DNA of 64,000 nt, from the NCBI GenBank assembly GCA_965153285.1, contig OZ229113.1; one strand, 5' to 3'. Under the pieces are notes generated by a model that saw nothing but the letters and a program-made list of their open reading frames with translations, was not told the origin of the DNA and searched no databases. The translations under genes were made by a program, and so were the position numbers. The first letter of the stretch is position 1; each line of letters starts with the position of its first letter. The stretch comes from Podarcis tiliguerta (taxonomy: Eukaryota). Below, in pieces: positions 13,884 through 27,269 of this stretch.

Positions 13884-16800
13884 CATGCTTTCAACCTTAT
13901 TTTTGCAACTGCAGCTGCAGTAAGTACAAGATAGTGCAATGTGTAACCATCATCTGGAGTATATACACATTCGCTGAAATAGGGTTGTTTACATGCAATC
14001 TCAAGGATGGTTGTACCAAATCACTATACTCTGTGCTATCTTTAGTGTGGGTACTCTTTGAAGAAAGTGACAGAACAGCACGTAAACAGGTTGGCTTGTT
14101 AATATGCCTGATGCCAAATACTGTAATATTTAAGTCAATAAATACATCAAGATACTACTACATTGCACTTTGAATAGTGTCTAGCTGATAAACAGGCTTC
14201 CTATTCTCTACTACGAATGATGCGCTCTTATGACCTCACAGTGATTTCTCATTTTATTTGAAGCACATTTCTTTGCTTAGGCTCTCTTCTTAGTCTTTGC
14301 TCATACCTTTCTGATTTCTACTACAACATTTTACAAAGAAATTATACAGCATAACTATACAAACTGCTTCCTTTACAACAGAAACAAAAAGTTAAGCCTT
14401 TTCCCTCATGTTTTTCCAAGCTCCCCCCGCCTTTCTTTTCATCCTTTGGCTCAGCATCTACATGATGCTAATGTTTCAGGGGAAATTAACTTTCTTATAT
14501 GAATCCTGCCCATATACTATAAGGCTGTAAACAGGAATTATCTAAATAAGGGTTATCTATTTTTCAGTTACCTCCTATACCTCCTAGATGCTTAAGTGCT
14601 TATTGTTTAGAAAGCGTTATTAATATGACATAGAGCAAGGAACACCCATGCATGCAGGCCTCAATCAGTATGCTAAATCTGCCAGAGTCTGTTAATTAAA
14701 GGCTATCTATTTTAACCTTTTGTTCTTTAAAGTCCATAGTGGACTGAATTGGCTTAAACATTTTGCTGGGTTACATTATGACTTGTGCTCAGCACAACTT
14801 TACTGACAGTGCGTAGTGATTTTTGCCTCCTCTCTTCAGCCCAGAACAGTGTGCAAAGTGAAGCTCAGAGCTGCAGAAGGAAGTGGTGGAATTCACTGGA
14901 TCCTCATTCCCTGTGAAAACGGAAGGAGCCGTTCCATTCATACAATAACAGGTTTGTATCCAATCCAATTATAAAAATTCCACTCCTCATTTGAAGGAAC
15001 AGTCATTGAGGAGATAGCAACACATGCCTCACCTCCCAGCAGTGGATTTCCTGCTGCTTACTATGGGGGGGGGGGGGGAGTGGCAGGAAGGTAATAGAAA
15101 AAAAGAATTGTAGAATTGGAAGGGTTTCCGAGGGTCATCTAGTCCAAGCCCCGGCAATGTCCTTTAACTGATATTCCCAGAGATTGAACGTTGAAACTTT
15201 GGATTGCAAATATGGGTTCTCTAATTGACCTATAGTCTTTCCATGAAAAACTACCTAATTTCATTTGCTGATCTGCATGTCAGTCAAAGGGTGATTCCAC
15301 ATGGGTGATTACTGCATGATTGATGTTTCTGATGCATGTATGTGTTTTTGGAATTGTCCATATGATATCTTCAGCATCAAAATGTCAGCCCACATTTCTT
15401 CTATTTAATCTCAATTTATTCTTTCTGCAGGGGGGCAAGGAAACACTCTTGCCAATGAGGCATTTAAAAATTATGCCCTTGCTCAGAAGTATGCTAAATC
15501 TGAGCTAGAGGTTACGGAATCCACTTCAGATAAAGTAGCAGTAAAATCACCATCTTGCAGGATCCATGCATGGGCTCAGTTAAAAATATGAAGACCGGAA
15601 ACTAGACCCTATTTTTGCAGTTGACCACTGACAGCTTCTTCCAGCATTTAAAGATGGTTCCTTGGCTCCCATTTACATAGTGTATGTTACTGAGCAAGTC
15701 GAAGATGGAAAAGGAGCCATATAGCAGTTAGGGGGTCTGCCTCTTTAAAAACCTGACTTATTGTCCAAATCTTGAAACGTTGCCAAGAAATCAAGGCTTC
15801 TCTCAAATCATAGTATCTTGTGGGTATTTAAATCTTCTTTTAAAACTTGCTGATAGAGAGGTTTTTCTACATAAGCATTCAGAATTTGTATAATACCCCA
15901 GCATTCCAGATATTTTACAGAGCTTTCCATCTAGGGCTTCTTGTTTCTCTACTCCTAACCTTGACCCTGTACCTCTTCATTGCCTGCCCAATCTTTAGCC
16001 CACAACAGATTAAAGGTGTGCAAGAATCTTAATCTATACACACATACACACAAACATGAACTTAGTCTTTTCCCAATGAACTGTGCTATTTAAATTTCCC
16101 TTTTACAGTATTAATGTAACAATGGCAGTGGCAGACATGTAGCAGACCTTTTGACCAAAGATGGCTGATTTGTTTTTTACATAGTACTTTTTATAAAAAT
16201 TATCACAGAAGATTAATAAATTAAATGACTATTTCTGAAAAGACAGACTGAGCATATATTAGATAGCAAAAGGTGTGTCATCAGAAATATCTAATAATAA
16301 ATTGTCTAGAAATGAACATGGAATTGCTGATAGGATTTCCTAGTTTTTCTTCAGTGAAAGATTTGTTTCTGACAAACTCCTTCATTTAGTCTTAGTTATA
16401 AGCACATTCTTAGCCAAAATACAATGTTCTCTATTCTGATTATGATAGACAGCGGAGTATACTGCATAAAATTTTGGTAGTTAATTAAAAGAGACATATA
16501 ATGTTTAAATCACTGCTTACCCTGTCCACATTTATGTAAATAAAAAATGAAGTCAATACATTATCCACTATAAGAACGCCCTACATTGTATTTATGCTGT
16601 TTCTAAAATTAAAATTTTAATGTGCAATGCAAAACGTAACTCTTTAGATATCCCTGTAGTTGTTAAAATATGGAGCCAAACAAATAACAACAATGTAACC
16701 ATATATGTGCTGACTCAGAAGTAAGCCTCATTGAGTTGAATGAGACTACTCCTCAGTAAGTTTATATAAGATTGCAGCCAATCTTTGTATTATGGTATAT

Positions 16801-18631
16801 TTAATGTAACTGAATAATGCTCAAAAGCGATACTTTTAAGAATGGATGCAGAGCTTTTAAACACAGTATAATTAATATGAATTTTTATTTATTTATTTGT
16901 AAAAGTGCTGCTAAATTATGTGAACTGAAGTAACAGGAGTGTGTGTTAATCATAAAGCCCTGAAGTGTGTATTTCTTGAAGACTTCATATGAGTAAGGCT
17001 CTCGCTTTAAAGGTTTCATAAAAAAGCACCTGATTTTAAAAATTAAAAGTACTCAAAACTTACTTAATTTACAACATTAAAATGCAATTTTGTGAATATA
17101 CTCTAATAGCAAAAAGGTCCTTTTAAGCTGGAAGCTTTACTGACCCAAATGTTTGACTCTGTCAAGTAGTAGGTGGGTGTTACCTCTGACTCAGGATGCA
17201 TTACTCACGTTACAGTTGATAAGAGGCAGAGCCTGGAATGACAGAGACACAGAAGTTTAGGGTGAAGAGAGTCACAGATTCCAAGTCCTCCTCTTAGGCA
17301 TGATTGTGAAAAATGCTTGGAGTCGGAAGAGCCTTATATATGAATCATAACTTTAAACTGATCAATAACTTAATTCTGAAAGTATCATAGCTATTTTAAT
17401 AATCATATAATTGTTTTCCTTTTACAAAGTCCCCTGTATTTATACACTTAACATCCTAAACTTCTTTACTTGGAAATCCTATCAATAGCTTTCACTTTCA
17501 GATGATTATGCTTAGGATCACAGCCTTCAGATCACTTGTAAATTTTTTAAACAGGGTTAACTTTAATCACTTAGGGATCAGATGTTCTGTTTGAGGGCCT
17601 AGTGAAAGGGGAAATGGAGAGCAGCAATTTTTATAAAATAAATAATTTTTTATAAATATAAATAAATAAATAAATGTTCTGGTCATAGCCCAGACAATAA
17701 TGGGCCAGATTCACAGAACCTCAAAATTAGCCCAAATATACATAAAACCTGTGGGGTTTTTCCTTTCCACCACAAGGGATTGTAACTTATTTTTAAATAG
17801 AATATAAATTCAAAAACTCTTTGTGATACAAAGTGGGCTTAACTGTTCAAAGAAGAAATTGGGGAGGGGAGAGGCACACCTCTTCTAGGATTGACTAGGC
17901 TTATGGGACTGAAGTAGGCTTTTGAAATATAGCCAGTATTTAATTCCTCAAAATGGCTTGTGCTTATTCAGGAGGTATGTTATCTTTCTGAGGGTGGCAT
18001 AATACAATGCTTCATCACAAACTACTCTGAAAACCCCCTAGTTTCAAAAGTGGTTTATACGACTGCTGTTTGAAAAGCACTAAAAAGAAAGCATCAATGG
18101 AGATGTAGAACTAGTTGTTTTGTTTTGATACATTGTAATCTATAGTTACTCCCTGGTACCTAGGCAAAACAAGCTACAACATTCATCCTAAATTTTGGAC
18201 ATTTTGATTTTATTTTTCCTCCTGCTAACACCCTGCACTTTGTGTAGCATTTTGCCTGAAGAAGAGTGCTGGAGAGCTTGAAAGCTCGCCTCAATTTTGT
18301 GACGTTTTGGTTAGCCCTACTAACCAACTGCGTTGTCAACTGTGTATTTTTGTTTGTTTTTCTTACAGACCAACATATCCACCTTTCTGCTTTAGTACAA
18401 GTCATTACAGACTGCCCTGAGCTGCTGAGCTAGTGGAGAATTACATTCACTATAATAACTAAGTGGACCTCTGAGACAGAATGTAAATTTCATAATAATG
18501 ATAATGATGCAAGGATGACTGGGTCACCCATCTGTTCGGCATTAATTATTTTATACTGTTCTTTCCCTTGTGCCACTACCACCTGCACTGAGAGAATCAA
18601 ACTGTTTACTAAGATGTTATGAAAGAACACT

Positions 18632-18632
<1 letters not shown>

Positions 18633-18673
<41 letters not shown>

Positions 18674-18688
18674 GTATATATATATATG
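18633..18688. repeat. (CA)n + (TA)n microsatellite
   Basis: Direct reading. Confidence 0.97.
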
Positions 18689-18731
18689 TGCTACAGTAAC
18701 AGGTGTCTATAAACTAAGGTTACTTGAACTT

Positions 18732-19080
18732 AGTCCCCCCCCCCCCAGCTCCTGGGGCTAAGCCCCTGAATATTTTGGGGATTGGGGCCTGCCTCCCATG
18801 TCCAAAAAAACCACAGAGGCGAAGCACAGAGCAGAGTGTGGCAATGCTCCAGTGGCCAGCTCCTTCTCCTCCTCCTGCCAGGGACAGGAAGGAGGGTTTA
18901 AGCAACCTTCCACCAGTGGCAGCAACAGGAAGAGGCGGAGGAGGAGCCGTGTAGCCTCACAGCTGCCACATTCAGTTCCACCCACAGATACTCCCAACAT
19001 CCTGGTATCACATGTGCAACCACTGCTCCCCGCCCCCTCAAATCACCCTCACACACCGGTGCACTTCTGCTTGAACTTGG
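18732..19080. mobile_element. GC-rich degenerate non-autonomous DNA element (hAT-like, tentative)
   Basis: Abrupt GC-rich block with C/G runs and several overlapping junk ORFs; termini not resolved. Confidence 0.35.
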
Positions 19081-20364
19081 CACAAAAGAATGGATGACTC
19101 TGCTCTACTTACCAAATGCAGAATGGTGCTTTTTCTGAACTGTGATTCATATCTAGAGCTGTCATGGTTTATTCCTTTACAAGACTAGGCTTACATCTAC
19201 AACTAGGCCTCGTTTGTTCCATGGAAATTCCCTTTGAGTAATTGGGGAGTAATTGGACTACAAAAATAGCCATTTTAGTGGGACTAGGAAACAAAGTATT
19301 TTGTATCAGTACAGACAAGTTGCTGGGGAAGAGTGAAAACAAAAGTGGAAAGGGACTCTAAAGTTACAAAAAATGGATAACTCTGTGTATCCTAGTTCTG
19401 AACTCCTTGAAGGAACAGCAACTCCTTATGAACCTATCAGAATGTATTCTGCAACAGTTCGTGCTACCATGTTTTTCCTCTAGAAACTTCTTTATTTTTT
19501 AAAACAACATATTTTAATTAGAAATATGACCTACAGCTCATGGCACCTTCTGGTATCAGAAAAGAGGCCTGGAGGACCACATTCAGTCCCAAGGCCTGGA
19601 GTTCCCTATCCAAATTCAGGATATCCTGATATCCAACATTAGTCATCCTCAGACTAAGCAATCCACTGTAATAAGTGTTAAGTATCTTAAGTCCTTTGCT
19701 TTTCATCGGTCTACTCTAAGAATGACTTAGTTGGATCTCACCTTCAGTTGTTTTACTTGGTTGAACGAAAGGGTGATCATCGAACAATCCAACATGCAAG
19801 GTATGCAGTTTTATTTAATTAAATAAGGGCAGGCAGGAAATGTTCCAGCAAATACGGATTGTAGCCCAAAGTCCACTGAGTTCAGCAAATATTTTGAGAC
19901 TGTTTCTTCAACTGTTGTTGCTGCAGATTGCATTGTTTCATAGTAAACTGAAGTCTGAATTAGCTATAACATTGTTACAGCATAATCAATGCGAGATTCA
20001 TAAATTTTCTAATATTAATTTGTATACTTGGAGGTAGTTTGCACTGCCACACCATCATTAATTCATAGTAATAAGCAGAAAAACTAATTTTTGTATTGTT
20101 GCATACTATTACTGCATTAAACTAAATTATACACAATTGACAGAATATATCTTAGCTAAGTATTACATGGGAATTATTTTATAGTTAGGCAGAACTTTAA
20201 CTAATTCAAGTGAATAAAATCTTCCAACTGCATATCTGGAACTGCAAGAAAAATTCAAATATCTACTATGACCTCTTGCATGCTAACAAGAATCAACTAG
20301 CTAATTCCTTGATGCATCCATATTTTTTAGGCAGAACCAATATTCAGAACTAATGATAAGGCTT

Positions 20365-20565
20365 TTACACAGCACTTTTCCTAAGGGCTACACAAGGGGT
20401 TCACATACATTGTCAGTAATCCAGTGAGCCATTAGTATTTTCCCGATGTAACAGATAAGGATAGCTGAGATAGAGGCTCACTTAGGAATACCAAGTGAGT
20501 TAATAACAGAGCTGAAGACTAAACTGGAAACTTCCAACTGAAAGCTTACGCTCTCATTACGCCAC
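20365..20565 (-). mobile_element. Old MIR/CORE-like SINE remnant
   Basis: cattagtattttcccgatgtaacagataaggatagctgag...ccaagtgagttaataacagagctg resembles the reverse CORE domain; highly degenerate. Confidence 0.4.
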
Positions 20566-22308
20566 ATTCAGCATATACAAACTGATGCACAGTTTGCAAT
20601 TGTGTGCAATTCCGAAAACCTAGAGTACAGCTATACAAAGTATCAAACTATTTGTAGTGCAAAATTGACATTGGAATTAATCCTTAGCATTTGTATCTAA
20701 ACTGATATCATTCCCTTGGCAGAAAAACAGAAAGGATTTATTGTAAGAATAATCTCACTGCCATTATAAACAAGAGCATTGACTTAGGGGCCTATTGGCC
20801 TCATGGCCAATGGATCTTCAAGTTAATACTACTGCAGGGACTCGGTGCTACAGCAGTTTCTCCCCAGTACTGCTTCAATTGTACTGGCTTGGGGGCTGGA
20901 AATGGGCTATATACAAGGCAGGTGGACGGAGAAGTATTCTAAGTCTGAATCTTAAAATCACTCAGACCTGCTCCTGCCCTTATATGTTGGCATAATGTTA
21001 TGTTAGTGACAGAGGTGGCGCAAGTCAAAAGAAGCAAAGCAAAACTTCTACTGTGAGCAAGGCAGAGCCAAAATACATTGCCCCATCACTTCCTTCTACT
21101 TTGTCCACACCATCACAATAGTGTATAGAATTGCAACCAACTCTGCACTCAATCGCAGCAAATCCACAACAGAATATAAATCCTTAAAAACAGATTCCAC
21201 ACCTCAGATGACCAGACACTTGGTATCACATCTAGCCTCATGTTATAGATCCTTGGAGGGAACTTTGGTGATTGGCACTATAATAAAATACTACACTTTA
21301 TACAAACAGCCTGGTTTCAGAACAAATAGAGGAAGAACACACTATTAATGCCACTTATCTCAGACCCCTTACAAGTACTCTGCTGCAGGATCATCTCCCT
21401 TCCACAGCAGGAACTTCTGCTCTATTACGCCAGCTGGGGATGCAAGAATACATCCCACATAGATAAGCAAAGGTGGTGGGAAGAGAGAAAGTATTTCTCT
21501 AAATGTGACTGCAACATATATCTCCCCATGTCTGCAATATTCTCAACAATAATTTAGTTAAATTGTGTGGCATAATCAATGCTTCCTGACTCATCAGCTA
21601 GCAGCAATGTTTCCACACAGGACACCAAAAACATGAATTCTTCAGAAAGGGGATTGGCTAGAGGTTATCAGCCTTCAAACATTGATAAATGCCAGGCACT
21701 CCTCTTCAATAATTGTATGGCTACTCAAAACCTAATGTACCCTTTTGCATTTCAGGAGAACAGCCTGGCCACATGGAGCAGAACAAGCAGGCGCTGAGCA
21801 AAGCTTTATACTACTGCTCCCTACAGCGTATGAATAATTATATTTTTAGTGATGAGTCTCTCCCAACCTCCCCAAAACAGAAAGTAGTTCAAGGAGGAAC
21901 ACAGATGAGTGCACAGGTGGCAGCTCTCTCTCACTGATGCTCACCAACCTCTACAGACTACATGTTGCAGCTACCAACCATTACTATCACTCTTGGGTCT
22001 TGTTGCAGTCCTCCCAACAGTCTTAAAGACATTCCCCTCTCCCAATACTATAAAGAACACAAATGAGCATAGCCCTGAGGCAGCTGCTGCTTACTAAATC
22101 AACTCTGAAGCAATACCCAATAGAGGGCTTTCTCCAGATGTAAATAACAGCTTCAAAGGAGCAATAACTTGTCAGACCACATCAGGGAAGGAAATGGTTG
22201 TACATGTTAAGTGCAAATAGGCATTTAATATACATCTAGTTTGGTCCTTGGGGACTGCATATGCTTTCAAGTGCGCAATGTGGGAGACTTTCTCCCAGCT
22301 TTTCTAGT

Positions 22309-22426
22309 GGGCCATAACTCGGAGGTCCTTGGCATCTCCAGGTAGGGTTGGGAGAGAGAACCTTGCAAGAAACCCTGGAGAGCTATTGTACTACTTGGGC
22401 CAACAGCCTAAGGGCTTCCTATGTTC
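22309..22426 (+). mobile_element. Squam3 SINE, internally deleted
   Basis: ggcatctccaggtagggttgggag...gaaaccctggagagct...gcttcctatgttc matches the Squam3 body and tail. Confidence 0.7.
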
Positions 22427-23929
22427 TTCATAGAACACATCCTACATTTGACACATATGCTGCTCCACAGAGCTAGGACTAGTCAGGCAATCCCTTTAGT
22501 CCGAGTTGGGTACCTGGAAGCTGCTTTAGGGAATGTGTAGTGTGGGTGTGGGGTTTAGACCTGTAAGCTTCTCCACCTTTGCATCTAACATGAAAGTTAA
22601 TACCAGGCATGCAAAAGTTGAGTTTGGTGTTGGTGGGGCCCAAACATGCACCTCTTTTTTCCAGCCTGCTTCTCTAGTCCTGTGAGCTAATAGGCTTTGT
22701 CCTTCAAAAAGTGCAGCTGTGACTCCTTTGTTGTGTGTCCTGACTATACTCCTTTGCCAGACATAACTGATTTTTGGTGTTGTTTTCCTCAGTTTTGATA
22801 TGTTCTGCAAACCACTGAACATCAACCTTGCAGAATGGTAAGAAAAACTATGCCACATTAGCTTCACAAGTTTACCTATTTGGATTTTACATCCCTTAAT
22901 AGATAACTATAGTTAAGGTCACAGCATTCATAGCCAATCCAATGTTCTTTACATTAGATGTTAAAGACAAGTACCTTACATTCCTGCAATGTTATCTAAA
23001 TAATCTTGCCCAATTCTCTTTGTAAATAATTAAAATATTCGTCTCCAACTTGTTAAGACAGAATTTATCATACTGCTGTGGCATGTATATCCTACCAGTG
23101 CAATTTCCCATAGAGCTGAATCTCAACTTGACTCAGCAGACTGGACATAGAAATGGCCAGAGAAAAGTTCAAAGACCACTTAAAATATATTTCGCTTGCC
23201 TTTCTCACCTTCTGGAGGAATCCTCCTACTAACAGCTTCTCATAAAGAGGGCACTTCAAGACAGTTGCTATTGTGCAGATGGGATTCAATCACTTTATGG
23301 CAAACCTATCCCCCAGCCCCGCAAGTTAGACTTTTTGCAGTAAGCAAAGCAATGGTTAAATAAACTGGAAAGTATGGAGTAACAATTGCTTGATGTGATG
23401 TTTTAAACCTTCCCACAAACAAATCAGAATAGAATGCTCAATAAACAGGTCATATAGAAGCAATCAGGGAAATTTCCCCCCACAACTAATGTCCATCTGC
23501 TACTCTACTTCTCATCCAGAGAGGTGCCCTCCATCCCAAATAGCAGCACAGTCTTTCTCATATTGCCAATTGGGGTGCAATGAGTGACAATCCCAGAATC
23601 TATCCCATACCCTTCCTAATCTAGGTTTTTGCACCATTTAGACTGTATAAAGAAATCCCTACAGGAAAAAACTACATGTGACACATGGGGGGGGGGGGTT
23701 AACAGGCAGGAAGGGGACCACAGTGCATGGGAAGAGTGCTTAATCCTTCCATTCCCAACCATGAACCCAACAAAAATTGCCCAGCCTGTGCAGCTATGAA
23801 AGCTGTCCTATAGTAGTCTCATCCTATGATGCTTCAGAATTACTCTTAAGGATAGCAATTCCTATAAATATTACTTTCCCTGTACAGTTTTACTGTAATT
23901 ATGATCTGTCTTGATCACTGTTGTGTCCC

Positions 23930-24236
23930 GATGGGGCACATTTGGTAAACCTCCATGCCCCTTAGGTTGGGCTGGCCTTTAACAAGTGCCGAGCTTTTTA
24001 TGTGGCAGACTATGCCCTTTGGACCTCCTTGTCAATAGAGGCTTAGCAGGAGCCATACCTTGTTTTTAGATGTCTTCTAAAAACTCTCTTCAGACATACT
24101 TTCAACCTAAGCTCTTACTAATGTGTTTGATGTTTTAATTGTTTTTAGTGTAACACTGTCTTTTCAGTTCTTATACTGCCTTGTGATATTTTCATATGAA
24201 AGTGCAGTTTAAAATTATGTGAATATAAATAAATAA
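23930..24236 (+). mobile_element. L2 LINE 3' end, degenerate
   Basis: gagctttttatgtggcag...ccctttggacctccttg...cttctaaaaactctcttcagac followed by a T-rich UTR and a (taaa)n tail. Confidence 0.55.
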
Positions 24237-24992
24237 GGCACTTCAGAATAAAATATTCTAAATTATAGAATATTAAATGTGAGTAAATGTATTGAACTCA
24301 TGCTATACTAAAGCAATGTGTAAATGACCAAAAGAGAGAGGAAATGGTTTAACCTGTGTTAACTCCAGAGAGATACCTGTTTGATACACAGGTTTCTTGT
24401 TTAGCATTCCAGCCAGCTGAAATAGGAGACCTGTAGTCTTGCTCAGGCCTCATGGAGTTTCAAGGGGTGAGAAAAGCAAATGGGCAACCCACTGAGCAAT
24501 GCAGTAAGAGATGGGATGGCTCTCAGCCACAAACGTGAGCATTTTACAGTTTTTTATGGGATGCATCCATCCCACCCCTAATCTAGGATAAGGATTAGAC
24601 TAATTCCCTCTTCTTCCCACTTTACTCACTCGGCTGAGATTTCACCATTCTGTATGTTCATGCAGCTCACAGATCCTTGAGAGGGCTATTTACAACCCTA
24701 GCCTTTAATTTACACTTCTGTGTATCTATGCAGACCATTAAGTATGGAGAAACCACTGCCTTATTTTTTGTGGTTCTGCTTTGTTTCCAAACCAATAGGC
24801 ATTCAACCACCTAAATTTGCTATTAGTAAATATTATGAGAAACTGGTAGTCTTACACACATTTCACTTCCACACTACTTATTTTTTAGAATACACAAAAA
24901 TTACAGTCTTTTTTAAATCTCTCATGCAAAAGCTACTAAAACCAGTAAAACAACACATTTTAACATGTGTTGCTGATACACCGTCATCTTCA

Positions 24993-25094
<102 letters not shown>

Positions 25095-25331
25095 TTAAAA
25101 TAAAAGAGATGATAAAGAATACAATCCTTACTGGCTATCATCTCTCCTTTCGCAAAAGCAAGATTATTAAGCTATGCACTCTGTGTTAGCTCGCTATACT
25201 GTATTTGTATTTTCCAGGAAGTAAAATATTTCTCTTTTTCAATGCTACAGTCCTGGCAACATATATAAGGCTTCAACTGGAACTAGTTATTTGCACAGAC
25301 AGCAGCTCAGTGAGCTACTATGGTAATAACA

Positions 25332-25428
25332 TAGTATAGTATAGTATACTATACTAGTAGTATAGTATAGTATAGTATAGTATAGTATAGTATAGTATAG
25401 TATAGTATACTATACTACATAGTATAGT
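25332..25428. repeat. (TAGTA)n pentanucleotide microsatellite with two inverted (TACTA) patches
   Basis: Direct reading; flanked by GTAATAACA on both sides. Confidence 0.97.
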
Positions 25429-27269
25429 AATAACAAAGGGCTCTAAGGCCCTTTGAGTGTGCTGGGTGTTTTGAACTTGAACTTGTGATGGGACAACACC
25501 AGACTTCCTCAGTGAGCCTTAAATGTCTAGAAAAGGACATAATCTGGATCAAATAACACAGTGTTATTCCTCACTGAGGAATCATGGGTTGGACTACAAG
25601 CCTCCATTTCCCAGTTATAAATGAGACATGCAGCCTTACTTCAAGCCAGAGAGGCACGCTTCATGTAGCTTTTTCCTCAAGATGAATGGATGGGGGGGGG
25701 CAGTACTCCCTATTGCTAACAGATACAACCCCCCTCGTTTTCCTTGAGGGGGGCTGCAAGACAAGGAGAGGAAATACAAACACACTGAGTTTTGTGTGTC
25801 CACTGAGTACTCACAAAATCTCTAGAAGGGTTTTGTGAATAGTGTTCAACTATTCTGACAAAATGCCCCCAAAACAGCTTCTCTGCCATTACTGATCTTT
25901 CCTTAGACTGCATGGTGTGTGTTTATGGGTGTTGAAAGTCCTGGTGCACTCTTAATTCAGGACCGATATAGAGGGCACCCATGAGCACTGAAAGTGTTCC
26001 CTAGAACATGCATCCCGAATCATTCAAAATGACAGGAATTTTACAAAGATCCTTGAGCTCATAAATTAACACAGAAATGGTTCCCTGAATGTGGTAAGTC
26101 TGAAAACCACTCAGGTAGAACATTCAGTGACTTAAAAACAAAACTCTTCTACAAGATAATGATCCTGACTGCTGTGCAGTTGAGGCTTTTAAGCACTCAG
26201 TGGATCAGCCCCTCATGAGAACCATGGGATCTTTCAAGGGTGCCATGAGAGGTTGACTCCTCCCTTGCTGCTCCAGGTCTGCTGTGCCACTGGACAAAGG
26301 TGCTCTGTGTGCAAGGGCACAAAGAGTGGTGATCCATGGAATACCCAAAATGTCCCAAATTCTCACCTAACTGCAATAGTTTTTAAGATAATCACATAAT
26401 ATATATTTTCTCTGAAGTTTAATAAATCATTTTCCAGTGCAAGTAAACACAGACACTCATTTCTCTTCACCACAGAAAACCCAGAACACCAGGAGTTCAA
26501 TTTAAGTACTATGATCAGAAGGCATTTATATCAATTCCTACTTCTGTCCTCTGGAAGTTGGAAGATTTCTAAAAATGCGGTGATAATACAAAACACTGTG
26601 TATAGCAATTGGGCAAAATTTAAACATTTTAAATCAATGCAGCTTAAACTCAGGATGGACTGACTCGGAAGGATTCAGATCAAAATCCAGAGAAAATGAA
26701 GCATTCCCATGGTGAATTGAAATGAACGGGACTAAAGCATGCAGTAGGGTTCTTACTTCTAAAAATGGTCGGGATATCACACAGTTAGAGAAAACTTAGT
26801 CCATTATTTGTACAAGCTTTACTCAATCTGCACTGAGTAAAACCAGTAGTTCTGAACAAACAAGACACTTTTTATTTTCAAATTATGCATGCAAGTAAAG
26901 CAACAAAGAAGAGGCATTACAACCTGCGCGAGAAAGAAGTGGGATATATCTTCTAAAATGGCACGTGCCACACACAGCAAAAACTAAATGTAAGGGGGGA
27001 CACTGTTATGATCTATGTCGTTTGCAACGCTCAAACCCTCTAGTGAGATTACCACCACTAGATTCAAGTTGTTTGAATGCTTCACAATATTACAACTGAT
27101 CTTAAAATCTAGTAACATACACTGGCTATTATTTTGCCAATACAGCACACTGTAGTCACGCTTATTCTAGTCCCATTGGAGATCCCAGGATCATGGTTTA
27201 GTTTCAGTTTGTGTGATCAGTTTCTGTTGTTGCAGCCTGATGACATAGGAGCCTGAAAGTGAGGGTGAC

